64,000 nt of DNA, from positions 18,629 to 82,628 of the forward strand of contig JACORW010000080.1 of the NCBI GenBank assembly GCA_016179185.1. Reading direction: 5' to 3'. Under the pieces are notes generated by a model. It saw nothing but the letters and a program-made list of their open reading frames with translations, did no database searches and was not told the origin of the DNA. The DNA comes from Gammaproteobacteria bacterium. Lineage in GTDB: Bacteria; Pseudomonadota; Gammaproteobacteria; Eutrophobiales; Eutrophobiaceae. Position numbers and translations under genes: made by a program. Positions 17,823 to 26,771 of this stretch are shown in pieces; the stretch's first letter is position 1, and each line of letters starts with the position of its first letter.

Positions 17823-19220
17823 TCAGGCCCGGCGTTTACCGGGAAAATAGTCCTGCAGCTTGATCTTCGTCCACATGTCCCGCGGCACGTCGGCGCGTTC
17901 TTCGAACGGAAGGCCTACCGGCTTGGTGGCATCAATGGCCCACTTGGTGTTCAGATAGTCGCGGCGGTTGCGATCCTTGATGGAGTAGGCGGAGGGGTCC
18001 AGTTCCGACACGTAGGCCTCCGGCACCATGAAGATGGCGCGGTCGGCCTGGGTGCGCGTGGCCACCGCCCACCACACCTCGCTCTCGTTTTCCACGTCAA
18101 TGTCGTCATCAACGATGACCGCGAGCTTCATCATGGTCTCCGCGGCCAGCGCCGCCATGGCGGCGATCTTGCCCTGGCCGTCGAAGTCCTTGCGCATGGA
18201 GATGTAGCCCACGTGCCGGCAGGTGCCGGACACGGGCAGGCACACGGCCCTGGCGCCCGGCACCGACATGCGCACGCGCTTCAGGATCACCGCCTCGCGC
18301 TGGATCTTGCCGCACATGTTGTGATCGCGATGGCCGCTGAAGATGTCGTGGTAAATGGCGTCGTCGCGGTGGGTGATGGCGCGCACGCGCATCACGTGGC
18401 TCTGGCGCTCGAGGCCGTAATACCAGGGGTATTCGCCGAACGGCCCCTCCGGTTCGCGCACATTGGGCAGGATCTCGCCTTCCAGCACGAACTCCGCGCG
18501 CGCCGGCACGACCACATCCACGGTTTTCGCGTCCACGGTCTCCACCGGCTCCTCCAGCAGACCGCCCATGACGGAGAATTCATCCACGGTCGCCGGCACC
18601 TTGGTCTGGGAACTGAGGATGCTGGCCGGGTGGTGGCCGATGTACACCGCCATTTCCGTTGGCTTGTTGCGCTTTTCGTTTTTCGTGATGACGCGCGCCG
18701 CCTTGGAGTAGGCGCCGTACAGTACGCCGAGCCGGTTCTTTTCCTTTAGCTGCAGGCGGAAGATGCCGACGTCGTAGATCCCGGTGTCCGGATCCTTGAA
18801 CACGCCGACGCCGGAGGTGATGTAGGGCCCGGCGTCCTTTTCGCAGTGGGTGACGATGGGCAGCTTCGTGAGGTCCACCCTGCGGCCGGTGAGCACCCGG
18901 TCCTGCACCGGCGCGTTGCGCACGCGCACCGGTGCGACCAGCCGATCTTCGAGCTTCATGTAGCCCTCGACCAGGTTCTCCACCTGGACGCCGAAGGCCA
19001 GCGCCAGGCGGTTGCTGCTGGCGAACAGGTTCGAGACCACGGGAAAGCGGCTGCCTTTCACCTTTTCGAACATTACCGCCGGATATTGATCTCCATCCTG
19101 CAGCTTGCGCAGCACGGCGGGCAGTTCAAAAAGCGGGTCCACCTCGCGTTTGACCCGCAAGTATTCGGCGGGAAGTTTCCTGGTCAACTGGTCGAGGTAG
19201 TGGCGTAGGTCCTTTGCCAT
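17823..19220 (-). CDS. UbiD-family (prFMN-dependent) decarboxylase, paralogue 2
   Basis: Table ORF to 19280, trimmed to the ATG at 19220 ('MAKDLRHYLDQL', RBS-like AGGGGA upstream). 'REPEGPFGEYPWYYG' family motif. Confidence 0.85.
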   Translation of the reverse strand: MAKDLRHYLDQLTRKLPAEYLRVKREVDPLFELPAVLRKLQDGDQYPAVMFEKVKGSRFPVVSNLFASSNRLALAFGVQVENLVEGYMKLEDRLVAPVRVRNAPVQDRVLTGRRVDLTKLPIVTHCEKDAGPYITSGVGVFKDPDTGIYDVGIFRLQLKEKNRLGVLYGAYSKAARVITKNEKRNKPTEMAVYIGHHPASILSSQTKVPATVDEFSVMGGLLEEPVETVDAKTVDVVVPARAEFVLEGEILPNVREPEGPFGEYPWYYGLERQSHVMRVRAITHRDDAIYHDIFSGHRDHNMCGKIQREAVILKRVRMSVPGARAVCLPVSGTCRHVGYISMRKDFDGQGKIAAMAALAAETMMKLAVIVDDDIDVENESEVWWAVATRTQADRAIFMVPEAYVSELDPSAYSIKDRNRRDYLNTKWAIDATKPVGLPFEERADVPRDMWTKIKLQDYFPGKRRA

Positions 19221-19360
19221 CGCTGATTTTCCCCTGTCATCGCTCGGTTTCGCGCCCCGGTGGCGCATGATAATCGTCAATAATTTGATTTACAATGTTG
19301 GTAATACGTGCGCGCGGCGTCGCCCGGAATCTGCGTACCGGAATGCGCTACAGACACACA

Positions 19361-19570
19361 ACGGGTGGTCCGATCGTATGTTGGCAGACACGCCGTGAAT
19401 ACAGTCTGACCGCCATGGACGACCGCCAGGGATGGCGGAAGTGCGGAAAATGTATGGAACGGTTTTCCGCTGGCGGGAATGCAGATTGCGCAGGAGCAGC
19501 AATCTGCCATGTAGGCTCGGGCGCCGCTCCTGCGGCGCACGGTCCGCCAACATACGATCCGACCACCCGT
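19361..19570. mobile_element. MITE-like non-autonomous repeat, copy 1 (~210 bp, ~30-bp terminal inverted repeats)
   Basis: Ends 'ACGGGTGGTCCGATCGTATGTTGGCAGAC...' and '...GTCCGCCAACATACGATCCGACCACCCGT' are inverted copies. A second, shorter copy in the opposite orientation is at 34391..34551. No transposase-sized ORF inside. Confidence 0.7.
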
Positions 19571-19643
19571 CTGATCGATAACCCGGAACGCTATTTTGCC
19601 TGACGCTCCTCGAGCCGGTTTTTCGAAACAGGAGGAAACAAAA

Positions 19644-20768
19644 ATGCACTCAGCCCGTCCCGACGTACCCCTGAGCGGCGTCGCCGCCGGATACCCCGGT
19701 CATCACATCTCGGCACCGGCGATGTTGCCGCAACTGATGGAAGCGGCCACGAACTGTGTGCGGGATTTCTGCAGGGTGCAGCCGGGAGAGAAGGTGCTCG
19801 TGGTCGCGGAGCCGGATACGGATCCGCTGGTGGCGGCGAGCATGGCCAGCGCCGCCAAGCTGGCCCATGCGGAGGTGGCGACCATCACCGTGAATTCCTT
19901 CAGCGCCGGCGGTTGCGAACGCAACAGTCCGGGCGAAATGCTCATGGGCGCCTATCAACAGGCGGACGTCATCATCGCCTGCACATATTTCGAATTCGCC
20001 CATGCAGCGAAGACGTTCTTCAGCAAGATCTTCGGGAGCAGGCAGCGCGTCTGCTCCATCCTCATGGGGGCGACGCCCGGCTGCCTGGTCACCTCCGGTC
20101 GCTTTCCGATGGGTCTCTACATGGAGATCGCGCAGCGCGCCCTGGAACGCATGCGTGGCTGCCGCGAGATCCGTTATGTCACCGATTCCGGCACGGACCT
20201 CACCTTCGAGGGGCCGCAGGGGCTGGGCGTCAGTGAGCCGCTGAAGACCGGCACCTGGAGCATTTTTCCTCCGATGGGCATCAATTTCTATCCCGACAAC
20301 AGCAACGGCGTATTTGTGTTCGATGAGTCCACGCTGCACGGCCGGCCGCTGGCGCCGGTGCGCATCACGATGCGGGACAATTTCGTAGCCGGCGTGGACG
20401 CGGACTCCATGGCGGATGCAGCGATAGTGGATGCATTCGCGAACGGCAGGTATTACATGCGCCACGCGGTGGTCGGCCTGAATCCCAAGGTGCGGATGGT
20501 GCACGCGCCGCAGTTCGAGCGCGAGCGCGCCGCGGGCACCGCGTATCTGGGCGTGGACGGCACCGGCGAGAGCGGCAAGATCGATCGCTCCGGTCCGGGC
20601 TTCGCGCACCTGGATGTGATTTTCGACACGCCGACGGTGTACGTGGACGGCAAATTGTTCGTGGACCGGCGCCGGCTGCTGCTGCTCGAGGATCCGGACC
20701 TGCTCAAGGCCGCGGAGCGCTATGGCGATCCGAAGCGGATCCTGGCGCAGAATCCGTTCATCTGGTGA
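19644..20768 (+). CDS. M29-aminopeptidase-fold / NicX-like (2,5-dihydroxypyridine dioxygenase family) protein
   Basis: Table ORF 19596..20768, trimmed to the ATG at 19644 behind 'AGGAGG'. The C-terminal 'GFAHLDVIFDTPTVYVDGKLFV' resembles the 'CHLDIPLRNCDIYLDDKAVV' segment of NicX as I recall it. Confidence 0.5.
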   Translation: MHSARPDVPLSGVAAGYPGHHISAPAMLPQLMEAATNCVRDFCRVQPGEKVLVVAEPDTDPLVAASMASAAKLAHAEVATITVNSFSAGGCERNSPGEMLMGAYQQADVIIACTYFEFAHAAKTFFSKIFGSRQRVCSILMGATPGCLVTSGRFPMGLYMEIAQRALERMRGCREIRYVTDSGTDLTFEGPQGLGVSEPLKTGTWSIFPPMGINFYPDNSNGVFVFDESTLHGRPLAPVRITMRDNFVAGVDADSMADAAIVDAFANGRYYMRHAVVGLNPKVRMVHAPQFERERAAGTAYLGVDGTGESGKIDRSGPGFAHLDVIFDTPTVYVDGKLFVDRRRLLLLEDPDLLKAAERYGDPKRILAQNPFIW

Positions 20769-22695
20769 CGTCACCCTCTCCCGCATTCGGGAGAGGGAGT
20801 GACCGATTGACACTCTCTCCACGCGGGAGAGGCCGCCGCGAAGCGGCGGGTGAGGGGGTCGTCTGCGCAACGAGTAACTGAAACTCCGCAAGCGCACGAT
20901 CCACTTCCGTGGCCGCAGTGATTGGTTTTGTGCAGAGCGTGCTGGTGCAAATATAGAGGGCGGGCCGCCCGAGGTCCGGATAGCGACCGGGCGCCTCGTA
21001 CTTGAGAATTTTGCGCGGCTCGTAGGCGCGCACGGCGGCCAGAAACAGCTCACGGGCCATGGGATCGCCGGCCGTGCCGACGACGCTGAACTCAAAGGGG
21101 CCAGCCAGGAGATGCTGCACGGCCAGCGCCAGTTCAGCGACCATCTTTCCTTCACGTTCCACCTTGTCCGCGCCGCCCACGGCCTTGAGCGCACTTTCGG
21201 CCTGCGCCAGCAGAGGTTCGTCACCGCCGGGTTTCCGGTAATAGGCAAGACGCTGCAGGAACAGCGCGGCCAGCGCATTGTCGGATACCGGCACCAGCAC
21301 GGGGCCTGCTCCCGGCGGCCGGCGCGCAACGAATCCTCCACTGCCCGCATCGAGCAGGTGCGCCGCCATGGCGTGGTAAAGCTCCTGCGCCAGAGCCAGC
21401 CATTCCTTGTTTCCGGTGGTGCCATACAGGGCGAGCAGGGCATGGCCCATCCACACCTGTGTACGCAGATAGATGACCGGTTCGAGGTCGGCCGCCTCGG
21501 GCAGATCGCGCACGCGTGCGTCCCGGCCGATCTCCGGGCCGGGTACCAGTTGCCGGTACCAGCCCGCACCTGTATTTCGTCCGGAGATCATCCGGCGCGC
21601 CACGGCCTGCGCTGAATCCAGCCAGGCGGCATCGCCGCCGGCGGCAAACGCGTGGGCAAACGCGATGATCAGACGGGCGTTGTTATCCGTCTGCACGGTC
21701 CGGTCCACGTCCGGTATTCCGAGCGCGCGGCGCCCGGCGTCGTCCAGTTGGAAATAGCCGTGATCCGCCTCGGCGCTGCCGGCGTGGCGGAAGGGATCCT
21801 GGCTGTTGAAATAGGTGCCATCCGGCGACTTCAGGAAGCGATCCAGATAGCCCCTGGTTCGGACCGCCAGGTCCAGCCAGCGCGGCTTGCCGGTCACCTG
21901 ATAGGCCTCGGCGAAATTCTGGATCACCCCCGCCTGCTTCCAGCCGATTTTCTCGGGCGCCAGCAGACTCCAGTCGTCTTTGCCCGCCGCGAACACGCCG
22001 CCCCACACCGGATCCAGCAGCCGCGCGGTTCCTTCCAGCGTGTCCAGCGCCCGCTCGCGCCAGAACGGGACGCCGTCCACGTGGGCGCGGAAGAACGCCT
22101 GTTCCACATGGATGGGCAGCGGGCTCCGGGCGGGACCGCCCCAGCCGCCGTTGTTCTCGTTGAAGCTTCGATCCAGTTGCCGGTTGATGCGCTGCGAAAG
22201 CTGCTGCAGTGCTTCCGGCGCCGGATCGGCGCCTTCCTTGAGATCCGTGCGCCATTCCATCAGCGTGCCCTGCCGCTGCCGATCCAGCACGGTGCGCAGG
22301 ATCGGAAGAAAACGATCCGGCCGGCGGAACCCTGCGAATTCATTGATCTGTGTGCCGTCCGGCAGCAGGAAGATGAGCGCGGGCCAGCCCCATGCCGAAT
22401 ACAGTTCGCCCACGTCCGGCTGGACCTCCGCGTCAACCTTGATGCTGATGAACCGATCGTTGAGCAGGGCGATGACTTCCCGGTCGGCATAGGTGATGGA
22501 CTCCTGTTTCTGGCAGGCGCCGCACCACTCCGTGCCCACGTCCATAAAAATGAGTTTGTTTTCCCGTTGCGCGCGCCGAAAGGAGTCTTCCCGCCAGGGC
22601 TGCCAGAGGACTGACAACGAATCTCCGGTTGCCGCCGTGACCCAGCACAGAAGCAGCGCGCAGAGCGCTTGCCGTTGCTTGCCGCAGGCATTCAT
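20758..22695 (-). CDS. Secreted thioredoxin-domain protein (DUF255/YyaL-like: thioredoxin fold + alpha/alpha-toroid)
   Basis: Table ORF to 22923, trimmed to 'MNACGKQRQALCALLLCWVTAATG' (signal peptide). 'IFMDVGTEWCGACQ' thioredoxin-like CxxC, then a long helical repeat region. Confidence 0.65.
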   Translation of the reverse strand: MNACGKQRQALCALLLCWVTAATGDSLSVLWQPWREDSFRRAQRENKLIFMDVGTEWCGACQKQESITYADREVIALLNDRFISIKVDAEVQPDVGELYSAWGWPALIFLLPDGTQINEFAGFRRPDRFLPILRTVLDRQRQGTLMEWRTDLKEGADPAPEALQQLSQRINRQLDRSFNENNGGWGGPARSPLPIHVEQAFFRAHVDGVPFWRERALDTLEGTARLLDPVWGGVFAAGKDDWSLLAPEKIGWKQAGVIQNFAEAYQVTGKPRWLDLAVRTRGYLDRFLKSPDGTYFNSQDPFRHAGSAEADHGYFQLDDAGRRALGIPDVDRTVQTDNNARLIIAFAHAFAAGGDAAWLDSAQAVARRMISGRNTGAGWYRQLVPGPEIGRDARVRDLPEAADLEPVIYLRTQVWMGHALLALYGTTGNKEWLALAQELYHAMAAHLLDAGSGGFVARRPPGAGPVLVPVSDNALAALFLQRLAYYRKPGGDEPLLAQAESALKAVGGADKVEREGKMVAELALAVQHLLAGPFEFSVVGTAGDPMARELFLAAVRAYEPRKILKYEAPGRYPDLGRPALYICTSTLCTKPITAATEVDRALAEFQLLVAQTTPSPAASRRPLPRGESVNRSLPLPNAGEGDVTR

Positions 22696-22702
22696 GGGTC
22701 GT

Positions 22703-24163
22703 TCAAAATGAATGAAACCGGTTTTGCGGATCATATCCGGATCGTACCGCCTGCAACCGGCGCCAGCCTTCCGGCGTGAAGCTGCGCCGGGCACGTTCCG
22801 GCCGCGAAAGGAAATCCGTTTCGTTGATGTAACAGCCGGCGCTGTAGGGCTCAAGGAGCCGCGCCGCGGCATCCACCCAGGCCAGGTTTGAACCATCGTC
22901 GGACGGGGAATCCCACGAGGCAAGCCACATCGCGTAACAGGGCGCCAGTACCGCGCCGGCCCCGTCCGGAGCCGGGCCCGGCAGGGATCGGAAATTGGCG
23001 ATCACGACGCTGTCGGGGGAAGGCGCCCGGGCAAAGTGTTCTGCCAGGACCGTGAGGGCGTCAACGGGCCGGTGGGTCCAGAGATTGTCCGCCGCGATGC
23101 GGCGTGGCGTGCCGGTGCTGTTTTCGGCCAGCAGCCCGGCAATGGTCGAATCATGACGCTCTTCGCCCAAGGCGCCGGAAATGTCCGGCGCGGAGCGTGT
23201 GATTTGCTCGAGCCGCGCGTCCGCTTCGGCGGAGGAATCCGCAAAGCAGGTGATCGAAACGAGGCACGAGGGCAGTGTGGGTGCATGCGCGTCCGGCGGC
23301 GCAACCCCGCCGGCAAGAATGAGCGTGAGTTCCACGCCCGGATGCGGCACGGCCGCTGCTCCGTGCAGCCAGCCGGCGACGGCCGGCACAGCCGCCCACG
23401 GAAAAGCGCGAATGCTGCGACGGATGCTCCGCAGCCGGGGAAAGGCCTCGAAATGAAAGCGCGTGACCACGCCGGGGAAGGCCGGTCCGGCGCCGCGGGC
23501 CGCCCAGAACAGGTCCGGGTGGGAGCCCGGTCCCGCACGCAGTCGCCGGCCGTCCGCCGTCACGAGTTCCACCGCGGAGAGATTGAAGCACGCGAGGCCG
23601 CCCCACGTTTCCCCGTTCCAGCCCATGCCGCCGCCGAGCAGGTATCCGGCCATGCCGACGCTGCCCACGTGGGGGACCGGGAAGGCGAGATCATGGGCAG
23701 CCAGGTGCGCATCCAGCACCGCCCCGCGCACGCCGGGACCGATTTCCACGACGCGCCTGCCCAGATGGACACGAATATCCTGCAGCGCCGACACGTCAAT
23801 CAGCAGGGCGTCATCGCGCAGGAAATTGGCAACGTAACTGTGACCGCCGGCGCGTACCGACACACGCAGGTTCTCGTTCCGGGCCAGGTTCACCGCGTTC
23901 ACGACGTCCGCTTCCGAAGCGGCCGCGACGATTCGTGCCGGATGGCGATCCGGTTTCAACGCCTGCCAGACGGTATTGCCGCGCTTGTCTTCGTAGCCCG
24001 GATCCCCGCGCAACAGGGACTGAGTCACGCCCGGCGCGGATGGCCCGGAGATCGCGGACATGGCGCCCAGGGGAAGCGCCGCAAGCCCGGCGAGATGTGC
24101 CAGAAACTCCCGGCGTCCGATGGGGCGCCCGGGAAACTGCGCAACGCCCTGACGTGGTGTCAA
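22703..24163 (-). CDS. Tat-exported FAD-linked oxidase (FAD_binding_4 / berberine-bridge-enzyme-like)
   Basis: Twin-arginine leader 'GRREFLAHLAGLAALPLGA', 'VRAGGHSY' FAD-binding motif, and a BBE-like C-terminus 'GYDPQNRFHSF'. Confidence 0.8.
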   Translation of the reverse strand: MTPRQGVAQFPGRPIGRREFLAHLAGLAALPLGAMSAISGPSAPGVTQSLLRGDPGYEDKRGNTVWQALKPDRHPARIVAAASEADVVNAVNLARNENLRVSVRAGGHSYVANFLRDDALLIDVSALQDIRVHLGRRVVEIGPGVRGAVLDAHLAAHDLAFPVPHVGSVGMAGYLLGGGMGWNGETWGGLACFNLSAVELVTADGRRLRAGPGSHPDLFWAARGAGPAFPGVVTRFHFEAFPRLRSIRRSIRAFPWAAVPAVAGWLHGAAAVPHPGVELTLILAGGVAPPDAHAPTLPSCLVSITCFADSSAEADARLEQITRSAPDISGALGEERHDSTIAGLLAENSTGTPRRIAADNLWTHRPVDALTVLAEHFARAPSPDSVVIANFRSLPGPAPDGAGAVLAPCYAMWLASWDSPSDDGSNLAWVDAAARLLEPYSAGCYINETDFLSRPERARRSFTPEGWRRLQAVRSGYDPQNRFHSF

Positions 24164-24232
24164 AACAGAATTCCCCTCCCGCGGGGGAGGGGAATCTGCC
24201 GGAAAATCAGGCCGCCCTGCGCAAATGGCGGT

Positions 24233-26593
24233 TCAATAGTGCCAGTTCAACTGCGCGCCGAAGGTTCGCGGGAAGGTCGGGAAGGCATCGAAGCCGTCCA
24301 GGCCCACGTCGGCGTCCACGATCCCGAGATCATCGGCGACATTGTTGATGAACAGCTTGGCCTCCCAGTTCTCCCAGTAAAAGCTGGCGTTCAGGTTCAA
24401 CAGGAAATAGTCGCCGATTGACGCGTTGAACGGATCCGTGTCGTTGAAAAACGTTTTCGAATCGTCGGTGTAGGAGAAATTGGCGCGCAGCACCGGCTGC
24501 ACCGACCCGAACAGGTTGGCCGGCACGGTGTACTGGACACTACCGGACAATGCCACGTCGGGGACCTTCGGGATCGGATCGCCGTCAAAGCCCCTCGGGG
24601 TATCCGGTGCGGGCACGAATCCCGGCGGGAAGATCTGATCCGCAGTCAGTTCCGCGTCCAGCCAGGTCAGACCGAAGGTCAGCAGCCAGGGATCGGAAGG
24701 ACGCGCGAAAATTTCCAGTTCCACGCCGTCTATTCCCGCCTCGGCCGCGTTGGCGATGAATTCGAATGCGCCGGTGGGTTCCTCCCCGGGCACGAAGATG
24801 TCATCCCAGAACATGTGGAAGTAGGCCGCGTTGAGGATCAGGCGGTTGTCGAACCAGCTTGTCTTGGCGCCGACTTCGACACTGAGCACGCTGTCCGGAT
24901 CAAATGTGTCCGGGATGTCAATGCCAAATTGTGATCCTAGCGCCGTATCATTGATGCCGCCGGGACGAAAGCCGGTGGCCGCGCGGAAATAATAAAGTTC
25001 CTCGTCGTTGCGCTTGAAGGACAGGTTCGCGTCGTAGGTCAGTTCATTGCTCTCCGCCCGCTCGTTCACGCCGGGGATCGGAATCAACTGCGGCGGGCCG
25101 CCGATAATTGGTGGGAAAATCGGCGGGTCGTTGTCCGGTAGTCCCTGTGTCAGGAATTCAATGTTGCGCAGATCGCCGTCAAAATTGGCGACGCCGCCGC
25201 CCACCGACCAGTGTTCGGTAAGCTGGTAATCCACGTGGCCGAAGTAGCGCTGGAACTCGACGTCGTTCTCCAGCGTGCGGCCGAACACGATGTTGGGGAT
25301 CAAGGCCGGGTCCTCCAGACACTTGCGCCGGCTCTTGCACAGGATGCTGCCGTCGGCCGCGCGCGCAAGCACGTCCAGCGTGTTGAAATTGTCGTCGTCC
25401 TCGTAGAAGAATCCGACCACGAAATTGAACGGCCCGTCGAATTTCGAGCTGACGCGGAGTTCCGTGGACAGGATGGAGCGGTACTGGTCCTGGTGACCGG
25501 CGATCGGCACCTGCGGCAGGCCGAAGAAGATGGCCGTGGGCGTGGTATCGAACGGCGAGAACACCTCGCGCTCAAAATAGTTCAGCGTTGCCAGGGTTTC
25601 CACCTTGTCGAGGTTCAGTTCGAAGGTGACGCCGAACATCTCAATCTCATCCTCCCAGGGTTCCGTGGACGGCTTGGTCAGCTTCAGATCGCCGAATTCG
25701 CCGCCGAACGGGCCAAAAAAGACGTTCTCGTCGAAATTGAACGGGATCGGAACCAGGGTGCCGCTTGCCTGCGGATAGAATGCCTGCGTGCCGTCCACCT
25801 CGATATCCTGGATCTGCGCGTAGGCGGTCGCCGCGAAGTAGTCCCCCGGGGTCCATTTGAGCATCAGGCGGCCGCCGGTGATCTCGGCGTCGTTGACGTC
25901 GTCGTTTTCGAAGGTGCCGTTCAGACCGGAAAGCTGATCGATGAATCCGCCGCGCTCCTCCCGCCAGCCGACCCCGCGCAGCGCCAACTGGTCCTTGATC
26001 AGCGGAATATTGATCATGCCGTTGACGTCGTAACCTTCGTCGCCGTCTTCCACGGTGTTGCCGCCCACGGTGACATTGGCGTCGAAAGCGGAGGCATCGG
26101 GCTTGTTGGTGATGATGCGCACGGTGCCGCTCATGGAACTGGCGCCGAACAGCGTGCCCTGCGGCCCCTTCAGGACTTCGAGGCGCTGCACGTCGTGGAG
26201 CCGGAGATCCGGCGTGCGGCCGCCGCCGTCCTGGAAGTTCGAAGCCGTGATCACGGTTTCGTCGAAGTACAGGCCGACGGTGCCGGAACCCGGCGACTGG
26301 ATGCCGCGGATGATCAACTGCGCATCGCCGGTGCCCTGGCTGGCAAACTGCAGCGACGGCTGCAGGCGCGCGTAATCGTCCAGCGAGTAGGCGTTGTACT
26401 GCTCGATGACTTCACCGGAATAGGCGGAGATACCGCCGGAGATGTCCTGCACCGACACTTCGCCGCGCTTGGTGGCGGTGACGATGATTTCTTCCAGTGT
26501 TTCCTGCGCCACGGCTGCGGCCGTGACGCCAAGAATGGAAACCAGTGATGCACAACGAATCGCGCGAACCAGGGGATTGGCTGGGCTGCCCAT
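24233..26593 (-). CDS. TonB-dependent receptor 2
   Basis: Signal peptide, then 'LEEIIVTATKRGEVSVQDISGGISAY', 'LEVLKGPQGTLFGASSMSGTVRII', terminus 'FGAQLNWHY'. Confidence 0.9.
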   Translation of the reverse strand: MGSPANPLVRAIRCASLVSILGVTAAAVAQETLEEIIVTATKRGEVSVQDISGGISAYSGEVIEQYNAYSLDDYARLQPSLQFASQGTGDAQLIIRGIQSPGSGTVGLYFDETVITASNFQDGGGRTPDLRLHDVQRLEVLKGPQGTLFGASSMSGTVRIITNKPDASAFDANVTVGGNTVEDGDEGYDVNGMINIPLIKDQLALRGVGWREERGGFIDQLSGLNGTFENDDVNDAEITGGRLMLKWTPGDYFAATAYAQIQDIEVDGTQAFYPQASGTLVPIPFNFDENVFFGPFGGEFGDLKLTKPSTEPWEDEIEMFGVTFELNLDKVETLATLNYFEREVFSPFDTTPTAIFFGLPQVPIAGHQDQYRSILSTELRVSSKFDGPFNFVVGFFYEDDDNFNTLDVLARAADGSILCKSRRKCLEDPALIPNIVFGRTLENDVEFQRYFGHVDYQLTEHWSVGGGVANFDGDLRNIEFLTQGLPDNDPPIFPPIIGGPPQLIPIPGVNERAESNELTYDANLSFKRNDEELYYFRAATGFRPGGINDTALGSQFGIDIPDTFDPDSVLSVEVGAKTSWFDNRLILNAAYFHMFWDDIFVPGEEPTGAFEFIANAAEAGIDGVELEIFARPSDPWLLTFGLTWLDAELTADQIFPPGFVPAPDTPRGFDGDPIPKVPDVALSGSVQYTVPANLFGSVQPVLRANFSYTDDSKTFFNDTDPFNASIGDYFLLNLNASFYWENWEAKLFINNVADDLGIVDADVGLDGFDAFPTFPRTFGAQLNWHY

Positions 26594-26771
26594 CGGTGAT
26601 GTCCTCCCGTTTTGAATCAGGACTGCATAATCTGTTGTTTTTCCGCGATTTGCCTTGCCTGGCGCAGTCGCGCGGAATAATGTTTACAAGATTATTGTGG
26701 ATTTGGTTAATTAAATCCTAAGCCTTGGGCGGGGCATTTTCAATGTCGGTTCGGGAGTACGTCGGGATGAA

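Noticed and set aside
19295-19603. Small ORFs inside the two MITE-like copies (19295..19603, 19290..19649, 34407..34658, 34420..34698)
   Set aside because: They differ between the two copies because of the internal deletion, lie in different frames and strands, and have no start context. The conserved features are the terminal inverted repeats, not a reading frame.
19650-21569. 639-aa minus-strand ORF. Similar long antisense ORFs are at 23036..24421, 25211..26548, 32664..34304, 54291..55628, 58444..59847, 59881..60876, 13300..14595, 10132..11040, 39394..40413, 50289..51395, 61580..62515, 4240..5295, 5898..6929 and 29325..30323.
   Set aside because: Each is fully overlapped by an opposite-strand ORF that carries clear family motifs or signal peptides. 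Their compositions are Arg/Pro/Gly/His-heavy and motif-free. In DNA this GC-rich, stop codons are rare in all frames.
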